DNA from: a virus | Lineage: Duplodnaviria > Caudoviricetes | Virus record (IMG/VR): IMGVR_UViG_3300021399_000126 | Location: 33,887-97,886 of that record | Reading direction: 5' to 3' (one strand) | DNA length: 64,000 nt | Shown: piece by piece, positions 15,771-24,676 of the stretch | Numbering within the stretch: the first letter of the stretch is position 1 | Layout of the letters: every line of letters starts with the position of its first letter | Program-made: the position numbers and the translations under genes | Notes under the pieces: model-generated | What the model was told of the DNA's origin: nothing | What the model saw: only the letters and a program-made list of their open reading frames with translations | The model's database searches: none

Positions 15771-15790
15771 TAATGTCGTTGGTACAATCT

Positions 15791-16027
15791 TTACTCTTCT
15801 GTAGGTTCCTCTACAACTACGGGATGGCTGATAAACTCCTTATAGCCCTCAACATTATCCAACTGTGAGTCAAGAATTTTTACCGATGCCGTTGATACAT
15901 CGGGCGCATTCCATAAAATCTTACAAACATCGTGGAATTTTGCCTTTGCACTATCAAGGTTACTCCACTCTGTTATCTGCTCTGTCTGTAAAGCTCCATT
16001 TGAAACATAGATTACATAATATTTCAT
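15791..16027 (-). CDS. Hypothetical protein at the end of the late operon
   Basis: AGGAGG SD. Confidence 0.7.
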   Translation of the reverse strand: MKYYVIYVSNGALQTEQITEWSNLDSAKAKFHDVCKILWNAPDVSTASVKILDSQLDNVEGYKEFISHPVVVEEPTEE

Positions 16028-16042
16028 TTATTTGTTCCTCCT

Positions 16043-16669
16043 TTAGTTTTCGTGTAGAATAACAATCGTAGCAGTTCTTCCAATAAAGTTAGCATTTTGC
16101 GGCAGATTGTCCGAAGTAATAATTATGCCATTGAGTTGACTTACTATTACTCTGATATTTTCATTATAATAAGCAACGTATGATAGGTTTAAATCAGTAA
16201 ACCTTGTGGGGACACCTTTGTTTTTAACATCATACGGAACATATATGCCAAATCTACTATCACTAATTGATATATATGTTCCGATGTAGGTTCCAGCCGC
16301 TCTTCCATCAATTTTGCTTATCGCCTCAACAATCTCACCATTAATGTTTTCCAGCGCATTCCCTACTGTCTTAATCACATAATTCGTGTTCAGCGTGAAT
16401 GTTGCTCCGCTTGCTATATCTGTCTTGGCTCTTACAAGGACTCCGTTTAAGTAGAAATATGTTCCTGCAGGAATTGTCGAACCCGTTGTATTTGTCGTTC
16501 CCGTGAGGTCAAGGTTCGTTAAATCGGCTTTCCTTGCGCATTTATCTTGCACATTCTTTGTCGGGTCTCCGCCAAGATATACCCTATCAGCAGGATAATG
16601 CTCTGGCATAACCAATAATGGGTAATCTATTCCGTTTTTCTTTAATATTGCTTTTGACATATTGCTCAC
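16043..16669 (-). CDS. Putative fibre/appendage protein
   Basis: Thr/Gly-rich; AGTYFYLNGVL...IASGATFT.NTN motif typical of Firmicute phage fibre proteins. Confidence 0.55.
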   Translation of the reverse strand: MSNMSKAILKKNGIDYPLLVMPEHYPADRVYLGGDPTKNVQDKCARKADLTNLDLTGTTNTTGSTIPAGTYFYLNGVLVRAKTDIASGATFTLNTNYVIKTVGNALENINGEIVEAISKIDGRAAGTYIGTYISISDSRFGIYVPYDVKNKGVPTRFTDLNLSYVAYYNENIRVIVSQLNGIIITSDNLPQNANFIGRTATIVILHEN

Positions 16670-18531
16670 CTCTTAGGAATGTATGCTACATTAATCTGTG
16701 CCACGTGACAGGAATAAGTTACATAATCTTTTCTCGATACGTTGATGCCGTAGATGTAATCAGTTTTTAATTCCGATGCGGTTGGATACTCACCATCTTT
16801 TAATATTCTAAATACTTTCATACCATTTATTTCAAGGCTAATTCCCGAATAAGAATCATTGCTCAATCTTCCTTTTATAGTTACTATCCCATCTGATGTT
16901 GGTTCATAAGTGCCGCTTACGCTTTCAACTTGAGAAGATGCATAAATATTTGTTGCAGAATAAGTGTGTCCTGCATCAATAATATCAATCTTCTGCTTTA
17001 CAGTAGTATTACTATCATACAAGCACCTATTCGCCGTAGTCTGTAAATCTACTACTGCTTTTTTGTTGCCATAGTAGAGGGTGATTTTTGTACCGTTGGC
17101 TGGTTTGGTCGTGGATTTATCTGAATAACTTGAACCTGTGGATTCTTCAAATTGTGAATTGCTATCCTCGATGTAATAAGTCCTTATCCTTGCTCCCGCA
17201 CTTTCAGACAAGCCTTGAAAGAAGGTAACTGATGTTCCGTAATTCGCACGAAGTACACTGATATTTTTATTCCCATTAGTAAGGATTATTGCAAGATATG
17301 CGTTATCTCTTACTTTAGAAAAATCCATTTCTGTGGCTATTTCATTTAGCAAGGTCGCATAAGTCTTAACCCCATCTGCCGTAACCTCTACATAATCCTC
17401 ACTTGCAGGCTCTATTACACTTCCATCGCCATCGGGTATTAGATATAGTCCGTCCTCGGTTTCAGAAGAATAGTCTGCACTTGCGACAGATTTGATTACT
17501 TCGACTATAGTCTTTTCATTCGTGGGGTCGTCTGATACATGACTATCCGTAAACTGCATCGTTGGTTCTTGTGCTACCGCTGTTCCGCTTGCATCTACAA
17601 TGATATGATCGTTTGAACCACGGTCTATACATATCAAATTGTAGTTTCCGCTATATACAAAGGTAGCAATATCTCCAGCTTTTATCACGTCTGCAACTAT
17701 CTTTGCTCCTTGATAATATATGTTCTTTGCACCCTTGTTGTTTATATTAAGAGTTGCATTTGCTGGAACACTATTTGTAAACTTAACAGATACAATTCCA
17801 TTCGTCACAAGCGAATATCCTGATAATGTTGCTACCTTTGCCGTAGTAGCCGCTGCAGTTGAACAGATAGCATATCCAAACCCCAAAGCTTGTGGAGTAT
17901 AAGTGGTGTTATTATCAGCACTCGAACCTGCCCATACCCAATAAGTACCATCGTATACATAGTAGTTGTAATAATTCAACCTACCAAAATATGTTGTATT
18001 AGTTCCTGTCGGTGTTGCCGTATTTCCACCATATATCTGCTTTGCACCTGTATTGTTTACATTCAACTTAACAGGGTTTTCAGTGGTAGCAGAATAGGTA
18101 TTGTTTGCATCAAATTTTACGGCAAGAATTGATCCTACTTTGAGTTCAAAGTTCTGTTCGTTTGATACTGTGACAGCTTTAATCTGATTTGCTTCTTCAC
18201 CTGTGCAAGTGCCGTAAAAAATTCCACCACCACTGCCAGTAATTTGTACTACAGTTTTATCGTCTGTGCTGTTATCGGTAACTGTAACACCTGTGCCAGT
18301 AAACTGTAAATTGGTGCGCTGTGTCATATCAGTACCATCGCCGTCTTTTATCGTGTGTCCTCCACTACTTTGCTCAGGAACATCAGTTATTAAATAATGT
18401 GTTCCAGCTCTTTCTTCATCTGTTAATGCTATCCATTCAGCGTAAGTTATTTCAACTGGCTTAGTATCTTTTTTGGAATTTATAGCATTCATTAATGATG
18501 TGGCATTATCATTTGATACAAAATTAGCCAT
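16666..18531 (-). CDS. Tail fibre/receptor-binding-like protein
   Basis: Two YGTC/YAIC...K.....(V)KF...LN.NN.GAK.IY repeats; AGGAGG SD before MANFVSND. Confidence 0.7.
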   Translation of the reverse strand: MANFVSNDNATSLMNAINSKKDTKPVEITYAEWIALTDEERAGTHYLITDVPEQSSGGHTIKDGDGTDMTQRTNLQFTGTGVTVTDNSTDDKTVVQITGSGGGIFYGTCTGEEANQIKAVTVSNEQNFELKVGSILAVKFDANNTYSATTENPVKLNVNNTGAKQIYGGNTATPTGTNTTYFGRLNYYNYYVYDGTYWVWAGSSADNNTTYTPQALGFGYAICSTAAATTAKVATLSGYSLVTNGIVSVKFTNSVPANATLNINNKGAKNIYYQGAKIVADVIKAGDIATFVYSGNYNLICIDRGSNDHIIVDASGTAVAQEPTMQFTDSHVSDDPTNEKTIVEVIKSVASADYSSETEDGLYLIPDGDGSVIEPASEDYVEVTADGVKTYATLLNEIATEMDFSKVRDNAYLAIILTNGNKNISVLRANYGTSVTFFQGLSESAGARIRTYYIEDSNSQFEESTGSSYSDKSTTKPANGTKITLYYGNKKAVVDLQTTANRCLYDSNTTVKQKIDIIDAGHTYSATNIYASSQVESVSGTYEPTSDGIVTIKGRLSNDSYSGISLEINGMKVFRILKDGEYPTASELKTDYIYGINVSRKDYVTYSCHVAQINVAYIPKR

Positions 18532-18584
18532 TTTGAATCCTCCTTTATGTGAGTTATTTTTATAAACCATTTATATTAATTAAG

Positions 18585-18638
18585 AAACACACCGGTAGGG
18601 ATTCGGACCCTCCTTAAGACCCATCTGTCACAGTGTTT
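18585..18638 (-). ncRNA. Anticodon-less tRNA-like element
   Basis: Closing stem, GAC-AGATGG-GTC hairpin, AGGG-TCCGAAT-CCCT T-loop hairpin. Confidence 0.5.
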
Positions 18639-18699
18639 AGAAGCCACTTCGAGTATGTTATATAAATATTACCATTTGTCTTAATATTCTGATTATAAA

Positions 18700-19497
18700 T
18701 TATCGTTTAACCTTTATGATTTGATAGGGAATTAGAAATTCCATTCCTACCGATTCATTTCTTACCACTGTTATATATTGGGGATTTCCGGATGCATCAC
18801 CCTTAAGCCCAAATGTCACAGAGGTGCATGCAGTGAAATGCACTGTTGCATTTGCACTTCTTGTGAATGTTGCTGTTCTTTGCTCAAAATCTAGACTTCC
18901 ACTATTTGCACTGCCACCATAGCTTCCGCCTGTTCGGTTCGCATACACATAATCAATACCTGTATATTCTTCATAACCTGAAGAATAAGGATTATTACTT
19001 AATTTAAATATAATTTTTACATAATCACAATTAGACAAATCCACCCCTGTTATATCTTTTTCTCCAAATGATGCACTTGTGTCAGGGTTTGTCCAAACGA
19101 GAGTTTCCTTTGTATAGCTTGGTTTATTCAACAAATCATTGTAAGACCCCGTAAATGCTACTGTCTTAAGGTCAGCAAAGAATTTCTTTATCTTGCCAAA
19201 AAGGGTTGAAACTTTTTCCCCACTCTCGATATTTGTCCTTGTTGAGGCCTGTGTAAATGTAGGCTTTGCAAGTTCGTCAATTGCACCTTGTACTTTAGTT
19301 GCAGAGAGTTCACTAGATGTATTATCATAGTCTAAGTCGTCAGCGTCACTTGGAACATCAGGCTTATTTTTGATATAATCAGGCCTTGTATTATCTGATG
19401 CATCCCAATCAGATTGTATTTGTGAAAAGCCACCACCTCCACCACCAGCGCCAATTAATTTATTTCCATATGATTCATAAGCTTGTTGAATGCTCAT
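18700..19497 (-). CDS. Fibre/appendage protein
   Basis: QSDWD...DYIKNKP, LSATKVQGAIDEL, LFGKIKKFF, VAFTGSYNDL.NKP fibre motifs. Confidence 0.7.
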   Translation of the reverse strand: MSIQQAYESYGNKLIGAGGGGGGFSQIQSDWDASDNTRPDYIKNKPDVPSDADDLDYDNTSSELSATKVQGAIDELAKPTFTQASTRTNIESGEKVSTLFGKIKKFFADLKTVAFTGSYNDLLNKPSYTKETLVWTNPDTSASFGEKDITGVDLSNCDYVKIIFKLSNNPYSSGYEEYTGIDYVYANRTGGSYGGSANSGSLDFEQRTATFTRSANATVHFTACTSVTFGLKGDASGNPQYITVVRNESVGMEFLIPYQIIKVKR

Positions 19498-19543
19498 AAC
19501 TATCCTCCTTTATATTTTATATGACTCGTTCATAATTTAGAAT

Positions 19544-19598
19544 CCGGTAATGGGGAGTTGCACCCCATAGTGATACCTAAAATCTTGCATCATACCGG
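19544..19598 (-). ncRNA. Anticodon-less tRNA-like element
   Basis: CCGGTA/TACCGG stem, TGATGC/GTATCA hairpin, ATGGGG-TGCAACT-CCCCAT T-loop hairpin. Confidence 0.6.
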
Positions 19599-19636
19599 TA
19601 TACGTCCGTACAACTCTTGTACGAGGCTTAAAAATA

Positions 19637-20728
19637 TTAATCAAGTAATCCAATCAAAGTATTAACCTGTGCTGTGGTAAGCTCGTCAGGTTCTGCAGCG
19701 TTAATCAATGACTCCATAGTAACTGATTCTACTTCTGTGGAATCCCAAGGAGCACCAGCTGTATGAGCAGCCGTGAATCTATAAAGACCATTAGCATATA
19801 TTACAACATCACCAATCTCATAAGCATTCTGATCATCAAATACATCAGCAAGCTGAGAAGCAAGTCCTGCAACAGCATTTACTCTAGCAGTAACTTCCTC
19901 AGCAAGAAGAGTTTCAACAGTAACTGCAGCAACCTCTGCAGGATTCCAAGGATCATTAGCAGTATGAGCTGACGTGAATCTGTAAAGCTTATGACCATAT
20001 ACTACAACGTCGCCAACTGCATAATCTGAAGCAGCACTGAATACGTCAGCAAGACTCTCTGCAAGATTGTCAAGACCACCATCCATGGAAGCTAATCTAG
20101 CATATACTGCCTTAAACAGATCTTCAACAGTTGTAGCAGAAACCTCAGATGCATCCCAAGGATCAGCAGCAGTATGAGCTGAAGTAAATGTATAAAGAGC
20201 ACCTTCGTATACAGTAAGATCACCGATAGCATAAGCTGCTGTTGAATCAAATTCAGCTGTGATCATATCAGATACAACCTGAATAGCAGCATAAATACCC
20301 TCAACATCAACAAACGTTGAAATTACATCATACTGTACAAGAACAGTCTTTTCATAATATGTCTTTCCAGGATCGACAGCAGTATCGGTAGAAAGAACAT
20401 ACTTTCCGCCAACTAATTCATACCATCTCTCAGTAGAAGGATCTTCTGATCCAGCAGGTGTTACAGCTGCATATGTTGAGTTATCAGCAATTACGATATT
20501 TGTTCCTGCTGAGTAATCTTTACCAGCGCCCTCTATGAATCTAGAGTCAGTTGTGAAATCATCGGTAATGTTGTATACCCAACCAGCCTGAGCTTCAGTA
20601 GGGGTAGCAGGAATGTTAGCAAACGCGCTATTTCCCTTAATTACATAAGCACCGTTAAGAGTAGCAAATTTCTCAGCAATAGCAGTCATAAGACTTGTGG
20701 CGTTAGCATAAGATACAAAATTTCCCAT
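19637..20728 (-). CDS. Fibre protein with three CBM5/12-like carbohydrate-binding repeats
   Basis: 3x Y.(I/V)GD.V.Y...LY.FT.AHTA..PW...EV. Confidence 0.7.
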   Translation of the reverse strand: MGNFVSYANATSLMTAIAEKFATLNGAYVIKGNSAFANIPATPTEAQAGWVYNITDDFTTDSRFIEGAGKDYSAGTNIVIADNSTYAAVTPAGSEDPSTERWYELVGGKYVLSTDTAVDPGKTYYEKTVLVQYDVISTFVDVEGIYAAIQVVSDMITAEFDSTAAYAIGDLTVYEGALYTFTSAHTAADPWDASEVSATTVEDLFKAVYARLASMDGGLDNLAESLADVFSAASDYAVGDVVVYGHKLYRFTSAHTANDPWNPAEVAAVTVETLLAEEVTARVNAVAGLASQLADVFDDQNAYEIGDVVIYANGLYRFTAAHTAGAPWDSTEVESVTMESLINAAEPDELTTAQVNTLIGLLD

Positions 20729-20764
20729 AGTTTTTAATCTCCTTTGTTTGAAATATAATATTGT

Positions 20765-21451
20765 TTAAAGTAAAGCAAGTAATGAGTCCATTTGATCACT
20801 AGATAAAGGCTCTACATCACTAACCTTTACTTCATTCCAAATATAAGTAGCATTTACACTATCGTAAACACATTGGTAAAAGAACCCAGTTTTGTAAGTA
20901 CTTGTCATTGCGCCAACATACTGAACAATCTTATTTAAAAATACGATAGCAGGTGTTGGCATAACATCATATTGTGATAATTTCTTTTGTTCAGCCCATT
21001 CAATACCATTCCATAACCAGAAATTTTCATCTTCGATAGAATAATACATCTTTCTATCTGCGGCTGTAAATATAGCTGGTAATAAAGAACTATTTTGTAC
21101 TATATCATAGTTACCATCTGGTGATCCAATTTCGTTCCATTTAGTATCATCGAATTCTACATCATCATTCGGTGTGATACATCTATAGAAACAACTTGCA
21201 TAAATGGCAAGATCACCATATTCGTAATGATTTCCTGATTCCCATACATAAATAGGTGTACCATCATTGACGATCATCTGGGATTCTCTGGTATCACCAG
21301 CATCATTCTTCCATTCGAATGTAACTATGTTTCGACCATTTTGATGAACTATTGATTTAATAGTACAAGCAGCACCTTTTAATCCACCAAATTGGACAGC
21401 CGTTTCATCTGTGTATTTCTTAGATAATACATAAGATTGAGTAGCATTCAT
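20765..21451 (-). CDS. Structural protein with a CBM5/12-like module
   Basis: WESGNHYEYGDLAIY...YRCI...FDDTKW. Confidence 0.6.
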   Translation of the reverse strand: MNATQSYVLSKKYTDETAVQFGGLKGAACTIKSIVHQNGRNIVTFEWKNDAGDTRESQMIVNDGTPIYVWESGNHYEYGDLAIYASCFYRCITPNDDVEFDDTKWNEIGSPDGNYDIVQNSSLLPAIFTAADRKMYYSIEDENFWLWNGIEWAEQKKLSQYDVMPTPAIVFLNKIVQYVGAMTSTYKTGFFYQCVYDSVNATYIWNEVKVSDVEPLSSDQMDSLLALL

Positions 21452-21465
21452 TTAATACCACCCCC

Positions 21466-21693
21466 TTACTGCCAACGCCAAGTTCCATCTGATTTAAGAA
21501 ATGCTGCATCCCCGTCAGCTGTTAATACAACGGATCCCATTGTTAATTTAACATTTGGCTGCATACCGACGATATCCATATCAGTTTCACCAGTTTCCAT
21601 ATCAACATCAGCAACATCGGATCTATCATCAGCAAAGAGGTTAACTTTTTGTACATTACCATAACTGGTTTCGATATTATCTACTCTAACCAT
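21466..21693 (-). CDS. Small structural protein
   Basis: GGAGG SD; GSVVLT...LKSDGTWRW. Confidence 0.65.
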   Translation of the reverse strand: MVRVDNIETSYGNVQKVNLFADDRSDVADVDMETGETDMDIVGMQPNVKLTMGSVVLTADGDAAFLKSDGTWRWQ

Positions 21694-21710
21694 TTTGAAT
21701 TTTAACCTCC

Positions 21711-22016
21711 TTATTCCTCAGGTACATCAACATTTTTTGTGATAGCCTCATTCTCATGAGTGGCAAACCATTTTGTAACTGCTTCCATTACCTTATCGAT
21801 TTGCGGTTCTTGACTTAATGTCTGATAATATTTAGCTGTTGACACGCCAATTAACGCACCGATAAATGTACTAATAGCCGGCATGATCATTAATACTTCT
21901 GTAGTATAAGGTATATTAAAAGCTGTACCAATAACACCATATAAAGTAGTCAATGCCGGTATAGCTGTAAGAGCAAGCCATTTTAATACATTATAAACTT
22001 TATCTGGAATTTTCAT
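21711..22016 (-). CDS. Holin (Dp-1 family)
   Basis: MKIPDKVYNVLKWLALTAIPAL...TFIGALIGVSTAKY. Confidence 0.85.
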   Translation of the reverse strand: MKIPDKVYNVLKWLALTAIPALTTLYGVIGTAFNIPYTTEVLMIMPAISTFIGALIGVSTAKYYQTLSQEPQIDKVMEAVTKWFATHENEAITKNVDVPEE

Positions 22017-22037
22017 AAAATCGAGAATCCTCCTTTC

Positions 22038-22349
22038 CTAATGTACAAAATTTGAGATTGCTGAGATAATCATGCTCGCAGCAGCGGTTATAAAAGCTGA
22101 TATGACTATCCATGTAGCTTTATTCCACTTTTCTTTAGGCTGATCATCTAATTTTCTAACAGTCTCAGATAATTCATTTATGTTTTCTTCTATTGCATTT
22201 TGTTTCTGAGCTATTAATTGGGTAGTTGTGTTAAGTTCACGAATCTGCTCAATTATCTGCTCGGCCTTGTCCATTCTTTTGCTTAAAGATTCTATGGCAT
22301 TGTGGCATTCACTAAGCTGGACAGCAATGTCAGTTTCCGATAATGGCAT
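22038..22349 (-). CDS. XhlA-like coiled-coil/TM lysis protein
   Basis: Coiled coil followed by a C-terminal TM segment; between holin and endolysin. Confidence 0.6.
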   Translation of the reverse strand: MPLSETDIAVQLSECHNAIESLSKRMDKAEQIIEQIRELNTTTQLIAQKQNAIEENINELSETVRKLDDQPKEKWNKATWIVISAFITAAASMIISAISNFVH

Positions 22350-22369
22350 AATTATCTACCTCACTTACT

Positions 22370-22612
22370 TTAGAATATATGGAACAAAACCAATGCTACG
22401 GTGATTAACACAGTTGTCCCAATACCTATACCTAATAGGTGTGATACTAAGAACTTTCGTTCTTTTACAAATTTGTCATTGATGTTAACTAGGCTAGCAG
22501 AGATGTTGCTTATCTGCTCGCCTATAACATCTTGTTGACGCTCGACTTGACACATTCTTTGGCTTAGATCTGTTACTTTCATTTGAATATCGTCTAATTT
22601 TGAGTTAGCCAT
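22370..22612 (-). CDS. XhlA-like coiled-coil/TM lysis protein
   Basis: Coiled coil followed by a C-terminal TM segment. Confidence 0.55.
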   Translation of the reverse strand: MANSKLDDIQMKVTDLSQRMCQVERQQDVIGEQISNISASLVNINDKFVKERKFLVSHLLGIGIGTTVLITVALVLFHIF

Positions 22613-22698
22613 AGTAACATCACCTCCATTCTAAAATATAATTTAAAATGAAACCAAATGGTGATTTACTCCTTCAAGAGATCTTAAAGAATGTGCCT

Positions 22699-24540
22699 CT
22701 ATTTTATAGTTAAGACCTGACCAACTTGTATCTTATTAGGATTCTCGATTTTATTGGCCTCAACTAGTTTCTTTACTGTAGTATTATATCGTTTAGCGAT
22801 AGATGAAAGGGTATCGCCCTTAACTACTACATAAGGTTTTTCAGTCTCTTTTCGGCTGGCTACAATTTTATTAACTTCTTCCTGAACAGCTCTAGCGTTA
22901 TATCCAGCAGCTGTAAGTTTGATTGTTCTAGCGGGATTATTGCCCCATACACCAGCTAAAACTTCATTAGCCAACTGAACAATCGACTTATTAGTTTTGA
23001 ATGTAGATCTCTCTTTAATGATTCGATCGACTTCAGCCTGGACTGCTGTATATTTAGCTCCTAGAGCTTTCTTTCTATCTTCTCCATTGCCATATTTACC
23101 TGCCAAAACATCCTGAGCTAATTCTGCTATTGATTTCTCAACAGTGGTGTATTTATCAGGTGTTTCTATTTCTGTATGATCAAATTTAGTATAGAAATAA
23201 TCCTTATCAACCACAATACCATCAATGTTATTTGTATCTAAGTAATTTGCTGTTCCACCATATTGCCAGATATCAATAGTATTACCTGACGTAATAATCG
23301 GAGCTTTAGATGAATATCTTGCAACCCAGTGGTAATACTTAGAAAGTTCTTTATCATTAAATCTGGTATTGAATTGAGATTCTGATGTGTAAATACCAAC
23401 CTTATAGCCATAAGATTCCATTGTTTGGCAGAAGGCTTTGATTATGTTTGTAAGATGATCATAACCTTGGTTAAGCATCTTTCCTTCTACATCGTACCAT
23501 ACATAATGGATGTCTTTGCCATCTATGATAGATTTGAAGTAGTTTGCTTCCTTGACAGCATCTTCATTAGAGAATGCATTACCAAAGAAATATACACCAT
23601 TAAGCATGCCGGCAGCTTTAGCCTGATGGTAGAAATCTTCAAATATAGAATCCTGATATAATCCAGCATCAGCTCCACCAGCCTTAATAATGACCTGAGT
23701 ATATCCCTGTCTTTTAGCAGATGCTAATACAAGATTTTTCTGATATCTCGCTATGTCTATTCCCTTTGTAGGATCTTCAGGAGGATATACAACTGTCGTC
23801 GGCTTTGACGGTTCTGCTGAAGAAGTCGGTATCTTTATGATTTGACCTACTTGTATAAGGTTGGGGTTTGTGATTTCAGGATTAATAGCTAATATGGCAT
23901 CTACAGTTGTACCATATTTATATGCTATAGCACTGAGAGTGTCTCCTGGTTGAACAGTATACTCTATATAAGGTACTGAGGGCTCTGGAGCAGGCTGAGG
24001 TTCGGGCTTATTGGTATAGTCTATCCACTTTGTAAGAAGACCATAGTCAGTCCAAGAATAAGCCTGAGAAGATGATCCTTTATATCTTAGTCGTCTACCT
24101 TGAGAATCGACATAAGAATATAATACTTTTCCTTCCCATGCTCCGGTACACTCAACTACATTATATACTTTACCATCTTCAGCTGTGAAGTCACCAATAT
24201 AAACTCCGGCATGAGGATGGTTTGACAAGTAAAGATATGTTCCGGGAACACAAATCTTTGAGAAATCTTTTGATATGCCGGTACATTGCATGAGGAGATG
24301 GTATCCGTCACAATCTCCAGTAGGGAAAGAGGAGGGAGAAACATAATAGCCATCTACTCTTACATCTGACCATCCGCCTAAGATTGACTTTATAAGATTC
24401 CAACAATCAAAAGAAAAACGTCCCTTACTAGCATCGTAATAACCACAGTTCCGTGGGAAATGGTTATCATAGATGTTAGGGACATCATGAGCAAGTTTCA
24501 ACTTATCGAGAAACTGCTGCTGTGTCATAACTATAGCCAT
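22699..24540 (-). CDS. Modular endolysin: Cys/His amidase-peptidase, LysM, GH25 muramidase, 2x Cpl-7, LysM
   Basis: FDCW...HAGVYIG; YTVQPGDTLSAIA; GIDIARYQ...DVE...WQY; LAQDVLAGKYGNGEDRK; YVVVKGDTLSSIA. Confidence 0.9.
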   Translation of the reverse strand: MAIVMTQQQFLDKLKLAHDVPNIYDNHFPRNCGYYDASKGRFSFDCWNLIKSILGGWSDVRVDGYYVSPSSFPTGDCDGYHLLMQCTGISKDFSKICVPGTYLYLSNHPHAGVYIGDFTAEDGKVYNVVECTGAWEGKVLYSYVDSQGRRLRYKGSSSQAYSWTDYGLLTKWIDYTNKPEPQPAPEPSVPYIEYTVQPGDTLSAIAYKYGTTVDAILAINPEITNPNLIQVGQIIKIPTSSAEPSKPTTVVYPPEDPTKGIDIARYQKNLVLASAKRQGYTQVIIKAGGADAGLYQDSIFEDFYHQAKAAGMLNGVYFFGNAFSNEDAVKEANYFKSIIDGKDIHYVWYDVEGKMLNQGYDHLTNIIKAFCQTMESYGYKVGIYTSESQFNTRFNDKELSKYYHWVARYSSKAPIITSGNTIDIWQYGGTANYLDTNNIDGIVVDKDYFYTKFDHTEIETPDKYTTVEKSIAELAQDVLAGKYGNGEDRKKALGAKYTAVQAEVDRIIKERSTFKTNKSIVQLANEVLAGVWGNNPARTIKLTAAGYNARAVQEEVNKIVASRKETEKPYVVVKGDTLSSIAKRYNTTVKKLVEANKIENPNKIQVGQVLTIK

Positions 24541-24610
24541 TTGCTCATCTCCTTTTCTTTTTACTATCTCTAAAATATTCGATAGTCGTTATTAAATTTA
24601 AGAGCATGAT

Positions 24611-24642
24611 TAGGCCTCCCATAAATAGTATTGGAAGGCCTA
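24611..24642 (-). terminator. Hairpin between adhesin and lysis genes
   Basis: TAGGCCTTCC...GGGAGGCCTA inverted repeat. Confidence 0.5.
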
Positions 24643-24676
24643 GAATTAAGATTAATAATATATTAGTCATTTTGAA

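Noticed and set aside
18585-19598. FMN riboswitch (GGG...CCC.ACCGG resemblance)
   Set aside because: Only the T-loop hairpin resembles it; the elements are about 55 nt and lack the remaining FMN helices
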